Shown here one piece after another: positions 56,665-64,000 of a stretch of 64,000 nt of DNA. The notes under the pieces are model-generated. The model worked only from the letters and a program-made list of their open reading frames with translations. It made no database searches and was not told the origin of the DNA. The translations under genes were made by a program, and so were the position numbers. The first letter of the stretch is position 1. Every line of letters starts with the position of its first letter. This DNA comes from Octopus vulgaris (lineage: Eukaryota), in NCBI GenBank assembly GCA_951406725.2, contig OX597815.1, positions 69,564,001 through 69,628,000 of the forward strand, given 5' to 3'.

Positions 56665-56910
56665 TATTAGATAATAAAATGAATGGTTTACACCGGGTAG
56701 CTTACTGGTAAAGCACGGCCGTTTTTACAGTGTTCGTTATGTATATGGTAAATGAAAGACGTAAGATGGCATATACGAGATTTTATTATTAATCACGACA
56801 ATTGCTATGACTCGACTCATCTAGCATCGATTTCTCACGGGTGGGACATTTAAAAACAGGTGCAGGAGCACCCGTCGGTGCAGATGTGTCTCATCGGGTG
56901 ATAAATAGAC
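56665..56910 (-). mobile_element. PLE-end-like fragment with decayed long-stem-II HHR (56792-56902)
   Basis: Minus strand: ATCAC CCGATGA GAC...(long insert)...GTC ata GCAATTGT C GTGAT. Confidence 0.55.
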
Positions 56911-58009
56911 ACAACTCGTTAAAATAACAGTTCTGCAATTTATCTTCTCATTTCGTAGAAAGATAAGCAGGAAAACGAAGGAAATATCTTTATTTATATA
57001 GGAGATCAAAAATTAAATCACAGATGCAAAAAAAGAAACGAACACGCAATACAGCGAGGAAAGTATTGAAAATAACTGTTAGCAAATATGGTTATATAAA
57101 CACCCTCGTGCAAGCTGCATAGCCCGTGTATACTTGCTCATAGAAGCATCTGCGGAAAAGCAAGAATACGCAGACGTGTGGTTTGGTGCACTCACGATCA
57201 CAAAGCGAGTTAAATAGCTACTTGGTGTTTATAAGAATGCGGAGCTTAAAACTGAACTTAATTTATCCATACCCTATAGAGAAAATAGGAAACAGAGGTA
57301 GTGAAAGAAAGAGAGAAGGGAGAGAGAGAGAAAGAGAGGGGAGACGGGAGAGAGAAAGAAGGAAAGAGAGAAAGAGAAAGTCTGGAGGGAGGGAGAGAGA
57401 GAGAAATGTAATAGAGATGATAACGACATGAATTCCTAAACACACACAATTACTTACGACACACACATTTACACACACACACACACACACAAACACAAAC
57501 ACACACACACACACACACACATACAAACACATGCATGCATGCAGACAAATAGATAACTTTATATATCATCATCATTGTTCGTCTTTTCAAATGGCTAATA
57601 ATGTGTGCGCGCGCCACTACTACACACATTGGAAAGCATTGTACAACCAAGTACTAAAGAAGATCTTTCCTCCTCCATGAAACAAAGCTGTTCCCGCTGG
57701 ACGTCAACCCAGTATTTCTAAGCTACGGACCGAGTGATTTTTTTGTAAGGTTATCTCCCTAGATAGATTGCCTTCACTGCGGCTAAGGAGCCTTTTCTAC
57801 CCCACTTTATATATACAAGCATTGGCTTATACAAAGTCTGTATTCTATAAATGATCTCATTGGTTCACAGAATAGACAGGGATTCCTCGGAGCAGAGTCG
57901 GCATCTGCTGGAAATGATATTGTATGGTTTCGCGGGCTTTACTAATGGACCAAGTTATTTTGTACTTAATTTTATATCTTCCTTTTGTCGGATGCTCCTG
58001 AACCAGTTG

Positions 58010-58070
<61 letters not shown>

Positions 58071-58071
<1 letters not shown>

Positions 58072-58508
58072 AGGGTGTGGTGAATAAACTGTCATCTAAA
58101 TTATGCAAAAATGAAAATAATACTGACATCTCATTTTAACAGATGTATTTACATAAAAATGTTTTAAAATACTAAAGAGTAAATTTATTCACTAAAATCG
58201 CCATTGGCCTCAACCGCGGCTTCCAGACGACTTCGGAATCTTCTGCAACTCTTCTGGACAGCCTCCTAGTTTAAGTTGGTGAATGCTGCCAAAATTTTTG
58301 CCTTCAGCTCCTCTTTGGTATTACCCTCTTGACCCAGGGCAGCACTACCTCCTCCAGGCACTTGATGTAGGCCCCTGTGTTGAGTCTGCGGCCGTGTGGA
58401 AGAATGAACGACCCTACTATAATATGTAGTCGACAAAATCAAAAACAAACAAAACGCATGCGCAAAATACAAAATATAAAATGTTGACAATTTACCCATC
58501 GCATCCTG
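58071..58508 (-). mobile_element. Tc1/maT-like deletion derivative
   Basis: TIRs CAGG(G/A)TG(T/C)G(G/A)TG..TAAA(C/T)TGTCA; transposase C-terminus NTKEELKAKI...CRRFRSRLEAAVEANG. Confidence 0.75.
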
Positions 58509-58534
58509 TATATATTATATATATATATATATAC

Positions 58535-58728
58535 ACTTTTATTTGTTTCAGTCATTTGACTGTGGCCTTACTGGAGCACCGCCTTCAGTCGAGCAAATCG
58601 ACCCCAGGACTTATTCTTTGTAAGCCTAGTACTTATTCTATCGGTTCTTTGGCCCAACCGCTAAGTTACGGGGTCGTAAACACACCGGCATCGATTGTCA
58701 AGCGATGTTGGGAGGACAAACACAGACA

Positions 58729-58730
<2 letters not shown>
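58535..58730 (-). mobile_element. SINE 3' portion (same family at 60785-60985, 61070-61270 and 35045-35180)
   Basis: TTTCAGTCATTTGACTG(T/C)GGCC...ATCGACCCCAGGACTTATT...TGTCAAGCGATG. Confidence 0.8.
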
Positions 58731-58759
<29 letters not shown>

Positions 58760-58827
58760 GCGCACACACACACATTGAGAGGTGGATGTCTAGATGGTTG
58801 GATATATATATATATATATATATATAA

Positions 58828-58864
<37 letters not shown>

Positions 58865-58904
58865 AGAGAGAGAGAGAGACCGACAGACAGACCAACAGAC
58901 AGGC

Positions 58905-59023
<119 letters not shown>

Positions 59024-59777
59024 CAAAGGAGGTGAGAGTGGCTAAGGAAAAGAGACGAAGGGAGACGAAGAATTCCTACCATCGGGTGGTTGAACGTATG
59101 AAGTGATTATAATATATATGTTGAATAAAGCAGATTAAAATAAAAGCGGGTACAAGTGAAAACGAGTGGAAGGAAGAGTGTATTTGATAGGAATCGAGAC
59201 GAAATGATAATTTGGTGGTATAATGTAAAAATTAATATTTAGGAAAGGGGTAAGGAGGAAAGAGGGGGGAGTATAGATAGGGGAGTGAGGGAGAGGGTGA
59301 GAGGTGGAAGAGAGGAAGGGAGACAGCAATTGGAATAAAGTGGTGGTAAGAGGTGCATTGTCATTGAAAGGGGGGAGAACATAAACTGATTATGGAAGAC
59401 AATAATGAGCCAGAATGACAAAAAGGTTCCTGTAAATTGGATAAAGAAGGGAAATATTCGCACACAGACAGACACAAATCAAAATAAACACACACACATA
59501 CACACAGAGGCACACAAACACGCACACACACACACAAACACACAGGCACGCAAACACACACACACAAACGCACAGGCACACAAACACGCACACGCACACA
59601 CAAACTCACACTCGTACAATATATATACACACATATACTTAGAAAAGTACACGTATGGCAATACAGTCATTATATAAGCCAATGCTTGTATATATAAAAT
59701 AATCTATTTGTATGCATGTGTTTGTCTGCATGTATGCGTGTATGCATGTATGCGTGTATGCATGTATGTGTGTTTGT

Positions 59778-59814
<37 letters not shown>

Positions 59815-59910
59815 GTGAGTAATTGTGTGTGTTTAGGAATTCATTAATGTCGTTATCACGCTGTGCCATTACATCACTCACCACCACCCCGTAAAAATCA
59901 TCTCTATTAC

Positions 59911-59955
<45 letters not shown>

Positions 59956-60301
59956 CCTCCAGACTTTCTCTTTCTCTCTTCCTTGCTTCTCTCTCCCTTC
60001 TCTCTCTCTTTCTTTCTCTTTCTTTCTTTCACTACCTCTCTTTCCCATTTTCTCTTTAAGTCTTGGCATCTTCCAACCCATATCTCCCTTTCGGCATCCA
60101 TCTCTTCCTTCTCTTTCTTTCTTTCTTTCTTTCTATCTCCTCCCCATTCCCCCCTCTCTCTCTCTCTTGCTGAGTTGCTTCCTTTGTTCATTGGCTCAAG
60201 ATTAATATATCTACATAAAAGTACATGCACACACGCACATGTATATGGATACTTATGTGTGTGTGGTGTGCATATATATATATATATATATACATACACA
60301 C

Positions 60302-60344
<43 letters not shown>

Positions 60345-60463
60345 CACACACACATACATACACATACACACACACAGAGAAATTGTTACATTGTACATGT
60401 ATGCGTGTATATATGTATGTATATACATGTACAGTAGAAAGACAGTAGAAAGAAATATGTATG

Positions 60464-60496
<33 letters not shown>

Positions 60497-60596
60497 TATA
60501 TATATAAGAATGTATTAAAGTATATTATAGGACTTTCTCATCGTTTTGACGAATGAGAGTTCAGCAGGGCACACACACACAATACGCGCGCGCACG

Positions 60597-60670
<74 letters not shown>

Positions 60671-60989
60671 TACATGCAGCAGAAGTAGTATTAGAAGCAG
60701 ATGGTGCTCTCTCTGTCTCTCTGTCTCTGTCTGTCTCTCTGTCTTTCTGTCTCTCTCTCTCTATTTATATATATAATTATATATTCTTTTATTCTTTTAC
60801 TTATTTCAGTCATTTGACTGCGGCCATGCTGCAGCACCGCCTTAAAGGGTTTTAGTCGAAGAAATCGACCCCAAGACTTATTTTTTGTAAACCTAGTATC
60901 TATTTTTGCCGACCCGTTACGTTACGGGGACATAAATACATCAGCATCGGTTGTCAAATAATGATATGTGGACAGATACACCCATATAA

Positions 60990-61053
<64 letters not shown>

Positions 61054-61409
61054 TATATATACATTTATTATTTACTTGTTTCTGTCATTAGGCTGCGGTC
61101 ATGCTGGGGCACCGCCTTCAAGAATTTTTAATCGAATGAATCAACACCAGTACTTGTTTTGTGTTAAACCTGGAACTTATTCTAACAATCTCTTTAACCG
61201 AAACGCTAAGTTAAGGAAATGTAAATACACCAACACCGGTCGTCAAGCGATAGTGCGACAGCAACACACACACACACATATGTATATGTATATATATATA
61301 TATATATATAAATATCTGTGTGTATATATATATATATAGTCAAATTATAAGTCCTCTTAAAGGTTTATAAAATCCAAAGATCCACACACACACTACACAC
61401 ACACACACA

Positions 61410-61459
<50 letters not shown>

Positions 61460-61554
61460 TACATATATATATACATATACACGCAGGTCATGTCCACCAA
61501 ACTCACTCAAAGGCATCGTGGTTATATAAACTATATTTATAAGAATAAAAAAGA

Positions 61555-61930
61555 TTTTCACCTCAAGACATAATTGCGCGCCTAAAATTCAGGCTGGTGA
61601 AGTTATATTATGACAATTGTCCTTTACAGGGCTCAAACTTGGACAATATACAGGGATCTTTCGCAGATTCGGCAGAATAAACTGGAAAGAGCAACAAACG
61701 CTGAAGTATTTGAGAAGCTGAATGTCCAAAAACATCTTTTTCTGAGAATCGAGTCCACGAACAGATCATGTTTTGGAAAATCGATGCACCACCAATCACT
61801 GATCAAGACCAGAGGGAAAGAGAGCAGGAGGCTGTGAAAAATGTTTGTGAACTGACGACATTAAAGGCTGGACAGAAAACAAGAACTTGACTGATTGTAT
61901 ACATGCAACACAACACTGAGGGAACTGTAG
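61555..61930 (+). mobile_element. RTE-like LINE 3' fragment
   Basis: IVLYRAQTWTI and EGKRAGG...DDIKGWT-type C-terminal motifs in broken frames. Confidence 0.55.
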
Positions 61931-62052
61931 AGTGTGTGTGTATGTATGTATGTATGTATGTATGTATGTATGTATGTATGCATTAATATTTTCCATGTAT
62001 TACTGATAATAACAAAATATATGTATACGGTATGGTAATATGTGTTTGCACT

Positions 62053-62465
62053 TTAGCACGCCGGGCGAAATGCTAAGCGGTATTCGTCTGCCTCTACGTT
62101 CTGAGTTCAAATTCCGCCGAGGTCGACTTTGCCTTTCGTCCTTTCGGGGTCGATTAAATAAGTACCAGTTACGCACTGGGATCGATAAATCAAGTACCAG
62201 TGACGCACTGGGGTCGATGTAATCGACTTAATCCGTTTGTCTGTACTTGTTTGTTCCCTCCATGTTTAGCCCCTTGTGAGCAATAAAGAAATAGGCATTT
62301 CGTCTGTCTTTACGTTCTAGGTTCAAATTCCGTCGAGGTCGACTTTGCCTTTCATCTTTTCGTGGTCGATGAATTAAGTACTAGTTGAGCACTGGGATCG
62401 ATGTAATCGATTGGCAATACCCCACCAAAAACAATTTCAGGCCTCGTGCTTAGAGAAGAAAAGAA
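62053..62465 (+). mobile_element. Two tandem MetaSINE-like SINE copies
   Basis: GTTCAAATTCCG(C/T)CGAGGTCGACTTTGCCTTTC at ~62105 and ~62321; short internal duplication at 62160-62218. Confidence 0.85.
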
Positions 62466-62528
62466 CATGTGTTTGCACTACGTATGTGTATACACACACA
62501 TATATATGCATACATATACATGTGTGGA

Positions 62529-62669
<141 letters not shown>

Positions 62670-63212
62670 GTCTCTCTGTCTATCTATCTAAATGTATAAG
62701 TGTGTGTGTGTATGTGTGTGTAAAAATGCGTGTTTCCCAAATATGTATATGTGTGTATCCATATACATGTATATGCGTGCATATATGTATAAAGTAATAA
62801 ATATTTATATACACATACATAGATACATATGGGCATATATGCATACATACATACAAACATGCATATATGCAAACATACATAGATGCAAATATGCAGTAAT
62901 GCATACATGTCTGTGTTCGTGTGTACATGTGTGTATGTATATGTGTGTGTGTGTGAATTGTTGGCCAGGATTCCTCAGTAAGATGGCTTCATATGTGAGA
63001 CAGTGAGGAGAGTATCAGTAAAATAAAGAGAGGGAGGGGGAGAAAGAGAACGAGGGGGAAAGAGGGGAAAGAATGAAAGAAAGGGGAGAGCGTAAGGAGC
63101 AATAACTGTCAGTGAAGTATTTAGTTAAAATGTCCATTATATAAGTGCGTGTGTATGTGTGTATTTGTAAACTGTGTGGCCGTCTTAGCGCGTGTGTGCG
63201 TACGCGCGAGCA

Positions 63213-63266
<54 letters not shown>

Positions 63267-63749
63267 TGTGCGTTTGTGGTGTGTGCATGCGTGTGTGTGT
63301 GAGTGTGTGTATCTATGTATTGCCAGTAGCTACAGATCGGATGATTTTGGCTATAGTTAGGGAAGAAATATATACAATTATCAACAAGTGTATTTATATA
63401 CACACGACACATTTGTAGGTGTTCGAACGTGGGTTTACAAGGGAGTGTATATTTCTGTACTGTGTGTGGATGTTGTGGCCGTACATTTTATTAGACGCGC
63501 ACGTATACGGACACACACACGTACACACACACACAAACACACATACACACGCACACACGCACTCAGACGCACACACACACTCAGATGCACACACACACTC
63601 ACATGCACAGACACACACGCACACACACACATACATATACACACACAGACATATATGTGCGTTTATGTGTATATGTGTGTTTCAACAGTTATTGATGTCG
63701 GCAGACGAGGCCAACCGTTAGCAAAACTTCGGTCACTCTCAGTTATATA

Positions 63750-63794
<45 letters not shown>

Positions 63795-64000
63795 CTCTGT
63801 GTGTGTGTGCATGTGTATGCAAGCAAGTATGTGTGTGTGTAAGTGTACGTGTGTACGTACACCCACACCCACACGCATACCTTTTTTTAATACTTATGTT
63901 AGTCACTGGACAGCGGCCATGGTGGGACATCGCCTGTATATATATATATACAACTTATAGTGATGAATTATATGGTTATGGACGTTGTGTCTAGTTTCGG

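Overview
Eukaryotic, repeat-saturated, gene-poor window (intergenic or intronic). The SINE families and the dense (TA)n/(CA)n/(TATG)n/(TATC)n/(TAA)n tracts suggest an octopus/cephalopod genome; this is an inference. No host protein-coding exon can be supported, and almost all listed ORFs are microsatellite artefacts. Real coding remnants are all transposon-derived: one near-full-length Penelope-like element (PLE, Neptune type: RT, Cys linker, C-terminal GIY-YIG) with identical 174-bp pLTRs; several R4/Dong, Tx1/L1, CR1, RTE and R2/NeSL-type LINE fragments; Tc1, mariner, MULE and hAT DNA elements; and many tRNA-derived SINEs. The most striking signal is non-coding. About 14 type I hammerhead-ribozyme (HHR)-like motifs, intact to fossil, sit mostly in short PLE-end-like insertions docked on microsatellites. 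They include a ~500-bp head-to-head palindrome with a tRNA-like A-box centre, two HHRs and a 15-bp flanking duplication (54315-54847), and a ~304-bp tandem repeat carrying an HHR (retrozyme-like, 1656-2460). All calls were made by eye, and boundaries of degraded elements are approximate.
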